Assembly (NCBI GenBank): GCA_963825035.1
Contig: CAWGRT010000008.1
Span: 183,775-247,774 of the forward strand
Source of the DNA: Candidatus Krumholzibacteriia bacterium
Lineage (GTDB): Bacteria; Krumholzibacteriota; Krumholzibacteriia; LZORAL124-64-63
DNA: 64,000 nucleotides
Direction of reading: 5' to 3'
A program made the translations under genes and the position numbers. Of this stretch, positions 31,299 to 42,762 are shown in pieces (the first letter of the stretch is position 1; every line of letters begins with the position of its first letter). Below the pieces are notes generated by a model, which made no database searches, had not been told where the DNA came from, and was given only the letters and a program-made list of their open reading frames with translations.

Positions 31299-32322
31299 GT
31301 CAGAGGAGGGCGCCCTGGGCCCGCCGGCCCCGGGCGCGGGCGGTTCCAGCCCCAGGTGGGTCCAGGCGTGGGCGGTGGCCTCCCGGCCCCGGGGCGTGCG
31401 TTTGAGCAGCCCGGCCTGGATCAGGAAGGGCTCCACCATGTCCTCGAGGGTGTCGGACTCCTCGCCCAGGGAGACGGCCAGGTTCTGGATGCCCACCGGC
31501 CCGCCGGCGAAGTGCTCGATCACCACCTGCAGGTAGCGCCGGTCCAGGGGCTCGAGGCCCAGGGCGTCCACGCCCAGGCGGGTGAGGCCGCGGTCGGCCA
31601 CGACGCCGTCGATGACGCCGGCGCCCTCCACCTGGGCGAAGTCCCGCACCCGCCGCAGCAGGCGGTTGGCCGCCCGGGGCGTGCCGCGGCTGCGCCGGGC
31701 GATCTCCACGGCGCCCGTGTCGTCCAGGCCGATGCCCAGGATGCCCGCCGAGCGCTTGACGATGACCGCCAGCTCCTCGGCCGGGTAGAAGTCCAGGTGG
31801 CAGACGATGCCGAAGCGGCTGCGCAGGGCCGGGGTGATCAGGCCCGCGCGGGTGGTGGCGCCGATCAGGGTGAAGGGCTCGAGCTGCAGGTTGAAGTGCC
31901 GCGCGTTGGGCCCCTTGTCGATGATCAGCTCCACCCGCCAGTCCTCCATGGCCGGGTAGAGGTGCTCCTCGATGACGCGCCCCAGGCGGTGGATCTCGTC
32001 GATGAAGACGGCGCGCTTCTCCACCTGCTCGCTCAGCAGGGCGATCAGCTCGGCGGCGTTGCTGAAGGCCGGGCCGCTGGTCAGGCGGATCTCCAGGCCC
32101 ATCTCCGCGGCCAGGATCTGGCTGAGGGTGGTCTTGCCCAGGCCCGGAGGCCCGTGCAGCAGCACGTGGTCCAGCACCTCGCCGCGCTGGCGCGCCGCGG
32201 CGATGAAGACCCGCAGGTTCTCCTTGATGGCCTCCTGGCCGACGAAGTCGTCCAGGGGCGGGGCCGCAGGGTGCGGTCCAGCTCGCCGTCGGGCTCCTGC
32301 TCGCGGGGGTCGGTCAGCCTCT
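31299..32322 (-). CDS. ruvB: Holliday junction branch migration ATPase RuvB. Frameshifts near the N-terminus and C-terminus.
   Basis: GTG at 32322. [26 protein letters not shown]; [26 protein letters not shown]...FIDEIHRL...[40 protein letters not shown]. Confidence 0.85.
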
Positions 32323-32366
32323 GGTCGTCCACCGGGATCCTTCCCGCGGCCCGCGGGCCGCTGGTC

Positions 32367-32968
32367 TCACAGCACGCGCAGGGCGGCGCGCACCCAGCGC
32401 TCGGTCTGTCCGCTCGACGTCCGGGTCGGCCTCCCGGGCCTTCAGCAGGGCCGCCTCGGCCCGCGCCGGCGGCAGGCCCATGGCTCCCAGCACCGCCAGG
32501 GCATCGCCCAGGCCGGCCCCGCCGCCGCGTGCGGCGTCGCCGCCGGCGGCACGCCGGCGCCCAGTGCCGCCGGGCACCCGCTGGCCCAGCTCCACCACCA
32601 GGCGGGCGGCGCTCTTCTTGCCGATGCCCGGCAGCTTGGCCAGGGACTTCTCGTCGCCGGTGCGCAGGTAGCGGGCGACCTCCGCCGGCGCGGCCGCCGA
32701 CAGCATGCCCAGGGCCACCTTGGGCCCCACGCCCGGACACGGAGATCAGCAGGCGGAACATGGCGCGTTCGTCCGGGTCGGGAAAGCCGTACAGGGACCA
32801 GGCGTCCTCCCGCACCGCCAGGTGGGTCCACAGGCGCACCGCCTCCCCCGGCGCGGGCAGCCGCTCCGCGCCCAGGGCCGACACGTGCACGTCCAGGCCC
32901 AGGCCGCCCACCGAGACCACCGCCTCGGTGCCGCCGGAGACCAGGATGCCGTCCACGAAGGCGATCAT
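32367..32968 (-). CDS. ruvA: Holliday junction DNA helicase subunit RuvA. About 2 frameshifts.
   Basis: [30 protein letters not shown]...[20 protein letters not shown], then [48 protein letters not shown]...[19 protein letters not shown] to the stop at 32367. Confidence 0.82.
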
Positions 32969-33066
32969 CGTCGTCGGGTCCTTTCGGGTGCATGGCCGCG
33001 GGCATTATGGCCCATGGCGGCGGGGGCGCCAGCGGCGATCGGACGCCGGCGGCCGGCGGGCGCCGC

Positions 33067-33543
33067 TCAGCCGAACCGGCGGCCGGCGCGGCCCGCGTGG
33101 GCCAGGGCCACGGCCAGGGCGTCGCTCTGGTCCAGGGGCGGCTCGGTCTTCAGGCGCAGCAGGCGCATGACCATGAAGCGCACCTGCTCCTTGGCCGCGG
33201 CGCCGTTGCCGGTCAGGGCCTGCTTGATCTCCCGGGGCGCGTACTCGGCCACGGGCAGGCCGGCGGCGGCGCCCGCCAGCAGGATGACGCCGCGGGCGTG
33301 GCCCAGGATCAGCGAGCTGCGGGGGTTCTTGGCGTTGAACAGGTCCTCGACGGCCATGGCGTCGGGCTCGTGGGCGGCGATCACCTCCGCCAGCTGCGCG
33401 TGGATGGCCAGCAGGCGCTCGGGCAGGGACGCCGTCCGGCCGGCGCGGATCACGCCGCCGGCCAGCATGCGGGCGACCGGCCCGGTGGCGATCACCCCGT
33501 AGCCGGTCGCGTGGGATCCGGGATCCACTCCCAGGACGATCAC
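33067..33543 (-). CDS. ruvC: Crossover junction endodeoxyribonuclease RuvC.
   Basis: [19 protein letters not shown]...[58 protein letters not shown]. Confidence 0.85.
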   Translation of the reverse strand: MIVLGVDPGSHATGYGVIATGPVARMLAGGVIRAGRTASLPERLLAIHAQLAEVIAAHEPDAMAVEDLFNAKNPRSSLILGHARGVILLAGAAAGLPVAEYAPREIKQALTGNGAAAKEQVRFMVMRLLRLKTEPPLDQSDALAVALAHAGRAGRRFG

Positions 33544-33560
33544 TGCGGGCCCGCCGTCGC

Positions 33561-34316
33561 TCAGAGCTTCTCCTCGATCTCCGGCCATCAGCGCGTCGTC
33601 GATGTCGAAGTTGGCCGACACCCGCGTCACGTCGTCCAGGTCGTCCATGTGGGTGATCATCTTCATGAGGCTCAGGGCGTCGCTCTCCTCCACCTTGACG
33701 TAGGTGTTGGGGATCATCGCCAGCTCGGCCTCGCCACCGGCAGGCCGGCCTCGCGCAGGGCGTCGGCCACCGCGTGCAGATCGGCCATGGCGGTGGTGAC
33801 GGAGATGACCCCGTCCTCCTCCTCCACGTCCTCGGCGCCCGCCTCGATGGCCGCCTCCATGACCGTGTCCAGGTTCGACTCCGCCGCGTCGAGCTGGATC
33901 AGTCCCTTGCGGTCGAAGATGAAGGAGACGCAGCCGTTGGCGCCCAGGTTGCCGTTGTACTTGGTGAAGACGTGCCGCACCTCGGCGGTGGTGCGGTTCT
34001 TGTTGTCGGTGGCGCACTCCACCACGACCGCCACGCCGCCGGGGCCGTAGCCCTCGTAGTTGATCTCCTCGATGATCACGCCATCGAGCTCGCCCGTGCC
34101 GCGCTTGATCGCCTTCTCGACCGTATCGTTGGGCATGTTGTTGCCCCGGGCGTTGGTCACCGCCGCGCGCAGGCGGGGGTTGGCGTTGGGGTCGCCCGCC
34201 CCCCTGCCGCGCGGCGATCGTCAACTCGCGGATGAGCCTCGTGAACACCTTGGCCCGCTTGGCGTCCTGCGCGCCCTTGCGGTGCTTGATGTTCGCCCAT
34301 TTCGAATGACCGGACA
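33561..34316 (-). CDS. yebC: YebC/PmpR-family probable transcriptional regulator. About 2 frameshifts.
   Basis: [41 protein letters not shown]; [62 protein letters not shown]; [45 protein letters not shown], then EIEEKL after an indel. Confidence 0.85.
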
Positions 34317-34328
34317 TCGGCGGATCTC

Positions 34329-36408
34329 CTACTCGTCGTCGGTCCTGTGCTTCTTGTACTCGTCCACCAGCCGGGACTGGACGTCGCCCGGAACCTCGGC
34401 GTAGTGGGAGAACTCCATGGTGAACGTGCCCGTGCCCTGGGTGATGGACCGCAGGCTCGTGGCGTACTGGTACAGCTCGTCCTCGGGGATGTTGGCGGTG
34501 ACCACCTGGTACGGCCCGTCGGCGTCGCTGCCCTGGATGGCGCCGCGCCGGGTGGAGATGTCGCCCATCACGTCGCCCATGTAGGCCTGGGGGACGACGA
34601 TGCGCACCTTCATGACCGGTTCGAGCAGGACCGGGCGCAGCTTGGCCGCGTCCTCCTCGACGGCGTGCTTCAGGGCGATGCGCGCGGCGGCCTTGAAGGC
34701 GGCCTCGCTCGAGTCCACGTTGTGGTACGAGCCGAAGAACAGCGCGCACCTGACGTCGACCATCTCGTAGCCGGCGATCAGGCCGTGGGCCAGGGTCTCG
34801 CGGCAGCCCTTCTCCACGGCGGGGATGAACTTGTTGGGCACGACGCCGCCGACGATCTCGTCGGCGAACTCGAAGCCCGAGCCGCGCGGCAGCGGCTCGA
34901 TGCGCAGGTGGACGTCGCCGAACTGGCCGCGCCCGCCGGTCTGCTTCTTGTGGCGGCCCTGCTTCTCGGTGGTGCCGCGGATGGTCTCCTTGAAGGCGAT
35001 GCGCGGCCGGCTGCGCTCGACCTCGACGCCCGTCTGGCGCTTGAGCTTCTCCAGGATGAAGCCGGTGTGCATCTCGCCCTGGGTGGCCAGCAGGGTCTGG
35101 GACAGGTTGGCCTGGTGCCTCACCTCGAAGGTGGGGTCCTCCTCGTGGATCTTGGTCAGGCCGGCGGCCATCTTGTCCTCGTCGCCGCTGGTGGCCGGCC
35201 GGATGGCGTCGGCGCTGGTGGGCACCGGGTAGTCGATGGGCGGCAGGGCGATGTCCACGCCCGAGCAGAGGGTCATGCCGGTGTGGGTGTTCTTGAGCTT
35301 GGCCGCCACGACGATGTCGCCGGCCGTGGCCGTGTCGATCTTCTCCTTCTGCTTGCCGATGGCCGCGCTCAACTGGCCGATGCGCTCGTTGTTGCGGCCG
35401 TCGCTGCAGTCCACGGTGTCGCCCGAGCTGATGGAGCCGCTGAAGACCCGCAGCCAGGTGACGTCGCCGCCCTGGGCCTCGTACTGGCGCTTGAAGGCGA
35501 AGGCCACCACCGGGCCGTCCGCGCCGGGGGTGAAGGAGGTCGCGGTGTCGGTGCCCGGCCTTGACGCCCTTCAGCTCGGAGCGGGTGCGGGAGTTGGCGC
35601 TGGGCATCAGGTGCACCACCGAGCGCAGCAGGGCGGTCACGCCCACCTCGCTGTCGGCCGCGGTCAGGAAGACCGGGTAGACGGTGCCCTCGGCCGTGCC
35701 CTTCTTCAGGCCGGCGATGATGTCCTCGCGGGAGAGGGTCATCTCCTCCAGGTACTTCTCGGTCAGGGCGTCGTCGGCGCTGGCGGCGGCGTCGAGGAGC
35801 TGCTCGCGCGCCGCCTCGACCTGGTCGGCCATGTCCCCGGGGATGTCCACCTCGACGGCCTTGTCGCCGTCGAACTGGAAGGCCTTCATCTCGATCAGGT
35901 CGACGACGCCCTTGAAGTCCTCGCCGATGCCGATGGGCAGCTGGCAGGGGGCCACGCCGGAGACGCGGTCGCTGAGTCCGGCCAGCGTGCCGGCGAAGTC
36001 CGCGTGCTCCTTGTTCATGCGGTTGATCACGATGAAGGTGGGCAGCGCGGTCTTGCGCAGGTGGTTCCAGAGGTTCTCCGAGGCCACCTCGAAGCCGCCG
36101 TCGGCCTTGACGACGAACAGCACGCCCTCGACCACGCGCAGGGCCGCGTAGACGTCGCCCCGGAAGTCGTCCACGCCCGGGGTGTCGATGATGTTGATCT
36201 TCGCGCCCCCGAACTCGGTCCAGGCCAGGCTGCCGCTGATGGTCTGCTTGCGTTCGATCTCCTCCTCCAGGTAGTCGAAGACCGAGGAGCCGTCGTCGAC
36301 GTTTCCGCGCCGGCCCACCTTGCCCGTGACGTGGAGCATGGCGTCGGCGAGGCTGGTCTTGCCGACCCCGTGGGGTGCGACCAGGGCCACGTTGCGGATC
36401 TTGTCCAT
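34329..36408 (-). CDS. Elongation factor G paralogue (EF-G-like translational GTPase, ~690 aa). One frameshift near 35560.
   Basis: [53 protein letters not shown], then domains II-V ([15 protein letters not shown]..; [21 protein letters not shown]; [35 protein letters not shown]) in a second frame. Confidence 0.78.
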
Positions 36409-36602
36409 CGGGTAGGTCTTCAACGGTCATCCTCCCAGTTCGAAGGGGCTGGAGGCAGCGCGTCCGGTCCCGGCGCCGCGCCGGAGTGCGCGCGGGGACC
36501 CGTCGCCGGGGAGCCGGCGGCAGGATACCGGAAACGCAGAGGGATACGACCGGCGGAAGGAAGGCGAAGCCCCCTGCCGGCGGCCGGATTTCGCGACGAA
36601 CG

Positions 36603-36636
36603 GCAATGTTAATAGCCCGCAATATGCGTGTCAACA
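36603..36636 (-). promoter_or_regulatory. Sigma70-like promoter (minus-strand TTGACA-17-TAACAT) for the EF-G-like gene, leaving a ~200-nt leader.
   Basis: AT-rich island. The reverse complement reads TTGACACGCATATTGCGGGCTATTAACAT. Confidence 0.4.
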
Positions 36637-36667
36637 GACCCCGGTGGGAATCGCGGGGGGAAAGTTC

Positions 36668-36696
36668 TGGACACCCCGCAGGCGGCTCATTAATGT
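36668..36696 (+). promoter_or_regulatory. Sigma70-like promoter (TGGACA-17-TAATGT) for the plus-strand OMP gene.
   Basis: tggacaccccgcaggcggctcattaatgt sits ~120 nt upstream of the ATG at 36814. Confidence 0.4.
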
Positions 36697-36813
36697 TATC
36701 CGGGTCTCGGATCCGGCCCTTCCGGCCGTCCCATGACCGTTGCAGCCCCACCACATACGAGCCGTCAGGCGACCGACGCGGCCCCGGGCCCGTGTCCGGC
36801 CGAGGTGATTCGA

Positions 36814-37730
36814 TGAAGCTCAGCACAGCTCTGTCCCTGGTGCCGACCCTGCTGCTGGTCCTCGGCGGCGCGGCCGCCTCCGCGCAGGACGCGCCCGGCC
36901 CCGCGCCGACCGCCGCCGACAGCGCGGAGGTCGAGGCGGCCGAGGACGCCCTCGACTACGCCGACTACACGGTCAAGGCCTACAGCCTGAGCGTGTTCCG
37001 CGGCAACTTCTCGGGCGCGACCTACCTGGACCTGCACGAGCGCGCTCCCAAGACCGAGGTCTCCATCGGCGTCGGCGACAACCTCGGCGCCGGCCGACGT
37101 GCGGGGCTACGACGGCCACTACCTGGCCGTGGCCCGGGCCATCGGGCGACGGCAAGCTGCTCTACGACGCGGTGCAGAAGGAGATCAAGTCGGGTCCGGC
37201 CTACGGCGCCCGCATCGGCGTCTACATCTCCGACGATTTCCACCTGGACATCGTCGGCGCCTACGCCAAGGGCAAGGCCGTCACACGTCCATGCTCTACG
37301 TCGGGGCGACCCGGCCCGACGCAGGACCTGGTCCAGAACACCCGCTACGTGGTGGACGAGGACCCCGGCTTCGCCGTGTACAAGCGGCGGGCTGGCCCTG
37401 AACTACGACGCCCGGCCCGCCACCTTCCTGGGCCTGGTACCGCGCATCGGCTTCGGCATCGGCGGCATCATCAACCGCTTCACGGTGCTCGAGGACAACA
37501 CCTCGCTTGTACCTCGAGGGCAGGCTCGGCCTGACCCGGCACTTCGGTGACCGGTTGGGCCTCGTCGCTCCAGGCGGACGTGGTGAACTTCGCCTTCCAG
37601 GTCGAGGAGCTGGGCTACCCAACATGGTCAACTACGCCACCTTCAGCGTGGGCGTCAGCTGGTTCATCGACGTGCTGCCCGAGGCCGTGCGGGCCAGGCA
37701 CGTGGCCGACCGCGAGGCCGAGGAGAATAG
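36814..37730 (+). CDS. Outer-membrane beta-barrel protein (OmpA-like beta-barrel domain type). At least 4 frameshifts; the C-terminal end is uncertain.
   Basis: Signal peptide MKLSTALSLVPTLLLVLGGAAASAQ. Beta-strand-like segments across frames: YTVKAYSLSVFRGNFSG; ARIGVYISDDFHLDIVGAYAKGKAV; GLALNYDARPATFLGLVPRIGFGIGGIINRF; YLEGRLGLTRHFGDRLGLV; MVNYATFSVGVSWFI. Confidence 0.6.
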
Positions 37731-37771
37731 GCCGGCGACAGCGGCAGGGCGCCGCCGCGCCGAGACGGACA

Positions 37772-37810
37772 AACAAAAACCGCCGGGGTCTCAACCCCGG
37801 CGGTTTTCTC
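37772..37810. terminator. Bidirectional rho-independent terminator (A-tract, GC stem aaccgccgggg/ccccggcggtt, T-tract).
   Basis: aaacaaaaaccgccggggtctcaaccccggcggttttctctt lies between the convergent OMP and histone-like genes. Confidence 0.8.
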
Positions 37811-37842
37811 TTGGCCACGGTCCCCCGTGCGAGGGCCCGCAG

Positions 37843-38182
37843 CTACTTCTTCTTGGCCGCGGTCTTCTTGGCGGCCTTCTTCTTCGTCGCCTTCTTGGCG
37901 ACCTTCTTCTTGGCGGCCTTCTTGGCGACCTTCTTCTTGGCAGCCTTCTTGGCGACCTTCTTCTTGGCGGCCTTCTTGGCGACCTTCTTCTTGGCGGCCT
38001 TCTTGGCGACCTTCTTCTTGGCGGCCTTCTTGGCGACCTTCTTCTTGGCGGCCTTCTTGGCAACCTTCTTCTTGGTCGGCTTCTTCTTGGCGAGCCTTCT
38101 TGGCGACCTTCTTCTTGGTCGCCTTCTTCTTGGTCGTCTTCTTGGCGGTAGCAGCCGCCGTCAAGACTTTCCTCTCCTCCAT
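37843..38182 (-). CDS. Lys/Ala-rich histone H1-like / AlgP-like DNA-binding protein (~113 aa) built from tandem KKKVAKKAA repeats. One frameshift.
   Basis: ATG at 38182 with GAGG RBS. MEERKVLTAAATAKKTTKKKATKKKVAKKA, then about 8 copies of AAKKKVAKK, encoded by the 27-bp unit aagaagaaggtcgccaagaaggccgcc; stop at 37843. Confidence 0.6.
37846..38135. repeat. About 10 tandem copies of a 27-bp unit (cttcttcttggcggccttcttggcgac and variants). The repeat is in-frame coding for the Lys/Ala-rich protein.
   Basis: Direct reading of the sequence; the period is 27 bp. Confidence 0.85.
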
Positions 38183-38310
38183 ACCGGACCTCGCTTGTTG
38201 AGAGTTCCTGCGTCCGCCCGACTCCCGCACCCTTGGGACCATCGAGCAAGACCTCCTGTCACGGACGTTGCTTTCGCCTCGTTTGGCGTCAGGCTGCCAG
38301 CGGAAGCAAC

Positions 38311-38345
38311 GACATTATTTCGACCGCTCAGAAAATGTGTCAACA
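38311..38345 (-). promoter_or_regulatory. Strong sigma70-like promoter (TTGACA...ATAAT) for the histone-like gene.
   Basis: The reverse complement reads TTGACACATTTTCTGAGCGGTCGAAATAATGTCG, ~130 nt upstream of the ATG. Confidence 0.45.
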
Positions 38346-38384
38346 AAAAAAGGGAACCGTCGGCGACGGTTCCCTCTTTTTTTT
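38345..38384. terminator. Bidirectional rho-independent terminator immediately downstream of tRNA-Leu.
   Basis: aaaaaaagggaaccgtcggcgacggttccctctttttttt. Confidence 0.8.
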
Positions 38385-38469
38385 GGTGCCCGGGGCGGGA
38401 TTCGAACCCGCACGGCTTGTGGCCACTACCCCCTCAAGATAGCGTGTCTACCAGTTTCACCACCCGGGC
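38384..38469 (-). tRNA. tRNA-Leu (anticodon GAG), a class II tRNA with a long variable arm, including the encoded CCA.
   Basis: The reverse complement GCCCGGGTGGTGAAACTGGTAGACACGCTATCTTGAGGGGGTAGTGGCCACAAGCCGTGCGGGTTCGAATCCCGCCCCGGGCACCA folds as a cloverleaf with anticodon loop CTTGAGG. Confidence 0.85.
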
Positions 38470-38475
38470 CCGCGA

Positions 38476-38896
38476 CTAATTGCCGCCGCCGTCGCCGCCG
38501 CCGCCCGCCGGACTGCGTCGTCTGCGCCGGCGTCTCCGCGGGACCTGGCCGGGACGTCGGCCGGCAGCTGCGCGGGCGCCTGCTGCGTCGGCAGGTCGAG
38601 CTCGCCCTTGCGCGCGGCCTCGCCGATGATGCTCTGTGGCGGACCCGGCGGCCTCGCCCGCGTTGTCGGTGACGAAGAGCAGGAAGCTCGTCACGAAGAA
38701 GGCGGCCGCCAGCCAGATGGTCGGCCTTGTGCAGCAGCGTGGTCATGCCGCGGGAGCCGAGCAGCTGCTGGGGCGCCCCGCCGGCGCCGCCGAAGGCGCC
38801 GGCCAGGCCGCCGCCCTTGCTCGACTGCAGCAGCACCACCGCGCTCAGGACCAGGGCGACCAGGACATGGATGACGATCAAAAGCGTATGCAGCAT
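38476..38896 (-). CDS. secG: Preprotein translocase subunit SecG. About 2 frameshifts.
   Basis: MLHTLLIVIHVLVALVLSAVVLLQSSKGGGLAGAFGG..QQLLGSRGMTTLLHK, then IWLAAAFFVTSFLLFVTDNAGEAAG. The secG-tRNA-Leu order resembles E. coli secG-leuU. Confidence 0.8.
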
Positions 38897-39020
38897 GAGT
38901 CCAACTCCCGCAGGCGTCACCAATCACACGGATCACCGGTCCGACGGGGCCGGACCGGTGAGGGACGGGAAATCTAACATCCGGCCGCACGGCTGTCAAA
39001 CCGCCTGCGGCCGCGCGGGC

Positions 39021-40230
<1,210 letters not shown>

Positions 40231-40320
40231 GGTCCACCATCCGTGTCTGCGGTTGCGCGCCCGCACGGGGCGCCGCGGCATGGCGCCGCCGGACCATGTT
40301 AGGAGGGCCCCCGGGGTGTG

Positions 40321-41052
40321 TCAACCGGACCCGACGCGCACGCCCAGGGCCAGCGCCGCCACCGGAGCCCGGCCCGCCGCGGCCAGGGCCCGCGCCGCCT
40401 CGGCGAGGGTGGCGCCCGAGGTGACGATGTCGTCCACCAGCACCAGCCGGCCCCTCCGCAGCGGCGCGCACGGGTCGGCGCGGCAGCAGCCGGCCAGGTT
40501 GCGCCGCCGCGCCGTCGTCCGCCGCGAGCCGCGCCTGCTGGGCCGTGGCCCGCACCGCGCCGCAGGGCCCGGCACCCAGGTCCCGCCCGGCGTCGCCGGC
40601 CAGCAGCCGCGCCAGCAGTTCGGCCTGGTTGAAGCCGCGCTGCCGCCGCCGGCGGCGGTGCAGGGGCACCGGCACCAGCACCGCCGGCGCGCCCAGGCCC
40701 CGCGGCCAGGGCGCGGGCCGCCGGCGCCAGCAGCGCGGCCAGGGGCCAGGCCAGCCCCCGCAGCCCGTGGTACTTCCACGGCGCCGACGACGGCCACCAG
40801 GTCGGCGCCGGTGGCGCGCGCCGCCCACACGGCGGGACAGCCGTCGCGCGGGCCGGCGCCTCACGGCCGGCCCCTGGTCCAGGGCGGCGCGCGCAGGGCC
40901 GGCACAGGTGGGGCGCGTCCAGGGACGCAGCCCCGGCACGACCGCACCGCGGTCGCACCAGGGGCGCTCGGTGCGGCCGGCACCGCAGCGGACGCAGCGT
41001 TCCGGCGCCGCCAGGTCCAGCAGCGCCGTCAGGGGTGCGAGGAGGGACGGCA
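40321..41052 (-). CDS. comF: ComF-family phosphoribosyltransferase (competence protein F-like). Frameshifted.
   Basis: GTG start after GGAAAGG. PSLLAPLTALLDLAAPERCVRCGAG (zinc-finger-like CxxC); VPVPLHRRRRRQRGFNQAELLAR; LVLVDDIVTSGATLAEAARALAAAG. Confidence 0.7.
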
Positions 41053-41085
41053 CGGCGGCCGCCTTTCCGGGAGGCGGGATCGGGA

Positions 41086-41964
41086 TCAGAACAGGGCGGA
41101 GCGCATGGCGGTCCAGGGCACCGGCGGCCCGAACCACCAGGCGAAGGACAGCCCCCCCTGCATCATCAGCACGGGCAGACCGTCGCTGTCGCGCACCCCC
41201 AGCGGCAGGGACTCGGCGGGTCGTTGGTCGCCGTAGCGCAGGTCCAGCAGCAGAGCGTGCTGTGCCCCGGCGGCCACCGGCAGGTAGGGGACGCAGGGCA
41301 CGCCACCGGCCAGGCAGCACACCCAGACCGTGGGCACCAGGGGCGGCGCCTCGCCTTCGGTCTCCAGGGGCAGCACCGCCACCCGCTCGCCCAGGCCGCG
41401 ACTCTTCAGCCAGGCGGCCGCGCGCTCGCGCCCGGCCGCCGAGCGGTTGCGCAGCTCCAGCTGCGGCACCTCCCAGCGCAGCAGGGCGTCCAGGCCCGCG
41501 CGGCCCGAGCCGCCGGCACCCAGGACCACGCCCCGCAGGGGCGGCGTCTCCCCCTGCCAGGCCTGGGTCAGCACCGCCAGCACGCCGCCGCTGTCGGTGT
41601 TGTGCCCCAACCAGCGCCCGTCCTCCACCTTCACCGTGTTGACGGCGCCCAGGTCCCGCGCCTGATCGGTGCGGCCGTCGCAGAGGGCGGCCACCGCCTC
41701 CTTGTGGGGCGCGGTGACGTTGAACCCCGCCAGCAGGCCGTCGCGGGTCTCCCGCTTCAGCGCCGCCAGGTCGGCGGCCGCCACCTGCAGGGCCACGTAC
41801 TCGTGGGGCAACTCGCGGTCGTCCAGGGCGGCGTTCTGCATGGCCGGCGAAAGGGAGTGGCCGATGGGATCGCCCACCACGGCGTAGAACGGCTGGTCCG
41901 GCCGCCAGGGCTCACCGCCTCGCCGCCACCCGCCGCGGCCGTAGGTCACCACGTCCGGGTTCAC
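41086..41964 (-). CDS. aroE: Shikimate dehydrogenase. The N-terminal start is uncertain.
   Basis: FYAVVGDPIGHSLSPAMQNAA..GFNVTAPHKEAVAALCD..GAVNTVKVEDGRWLGHNTDSGG..VVLGAGGSGRA. Confidence 0.8.
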   Translation of the reverse strand: MNPDVVTYGRGGWRRGGEPWRPDQPFYAVVGDPIGHSLSPAMQNAALDDRELPHEYVALQVAAADLAALKRETRDGLLAGFNVTAPHKEAVAALCDGRTDQARDLGAVNTVKVEDGRWLGHNTDSGGVLAVLTQAWQGETPPLRGVVLGAGGSGRAGLDALLRWEVPQLELRNRSAAGRERAAAWLKSRGLGERVAVLPLETEGEAPPLVPTVWVCCLAGGVPCVPYLPVAAGAQHALLLDLRYGDQRPAESLPLGVRDSDGLPVLMMQGGLSFAWWFGPPVPWTAMRSALF

Positions 41965-42729
41965 GTCGGCGCCCCCGTCCGCCGGCGCCGTTCGGCCCGC
42001 ACCAGCACCACGGTCCCGGCCAGGATCATGCCCACGCTGATCCACTGGTTGTTGGTCCAGCCCAGGGCCATGATCTGGTGCGGACCGTAGTAGCGGGTGA
42101 AGTCCACCAGGAAGCGCGCCACCCCGTACAGCACCAGGAAGCGCCCGAAGGTGGCCCCCCGGGGCGATCGCCAACGCTCCAGGAGCAGCAGCAGGCCGAA
42201 GATGGCGAAGCCCCCCGCCGAACTGAACAGCTGCGACGGGAACACCGCCGCCGGACCGTACTGCAGCCAGGCCGGCGACCCCGGCGGGAAGTGCACGCCC
42301 AGGCCGGTGCTGCACTCGCGGCCGAAGCAGCAGCCCGCCAGGAAGCAGCCGATGCGCGTGATGCCGATGCCCAGGACCACCCCGGGCGCGAAGATGTCCG
42401 CGATCACCAGGAACGGGATGCCGCGCCGCCGCGCCTGCCACCACACGGTGACGATCGCCAGCAGGACGCCGCCGTACAGGGTCAGCCCCCCGTCCCAGAT
42501 GAAGAAGGCCCGGTACCAGGGGTGGAAGGTGCCCAGGTGGGTCATCACGTAGAACAGGCGCACGCCGATCAGGCTGGACACCAGCACGCCGAACACCAGG
42601 TCCAGGATGGGCTCGGCGCGGGATGCCGTGGGGCCGCGCCCGCCGCACGCTCAGCCACATGCCCAGGGCGAAGCTGACGGCCAGCAGCAGGCCGTAGCTC
42701 TTGATGATGCCGAAGAGTTCCGGATGCAT
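41961..42729 (-). CDS. lgt: Prolipoprotein diacylglyceryl transferase. One frameshift.
   Basis: MHPELFGIIKSYGLLLAVSFALGMWL..; FGVLVSSLIGVRLFYVMTHLG..FFIWDGGLTLYGGVLLAIV..GIGITRIGCFLAGCCFGRE. Confidence 0.85.
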
Positions 42730-42762
42730 GATGCCTTTCCCGGGGCGACGCGGGCGCCCGCC

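Noticed and set aside
33067-36423. An 1118-aa minus-strand ORF
   Set aside because: It is a composite of ruvC, yebC and the EF-G paralogue. Each has its own start and RBS, and the continuous frame is an artefact.
37846-38135. Possible CRISPR array (regular 27-bp repeats)
   Set aside because: There are no spacers between the repeats. The repeats are contiguous and in-frame, and they encode the KKKVAKKAA protein repeat. No cas genes are nearby.
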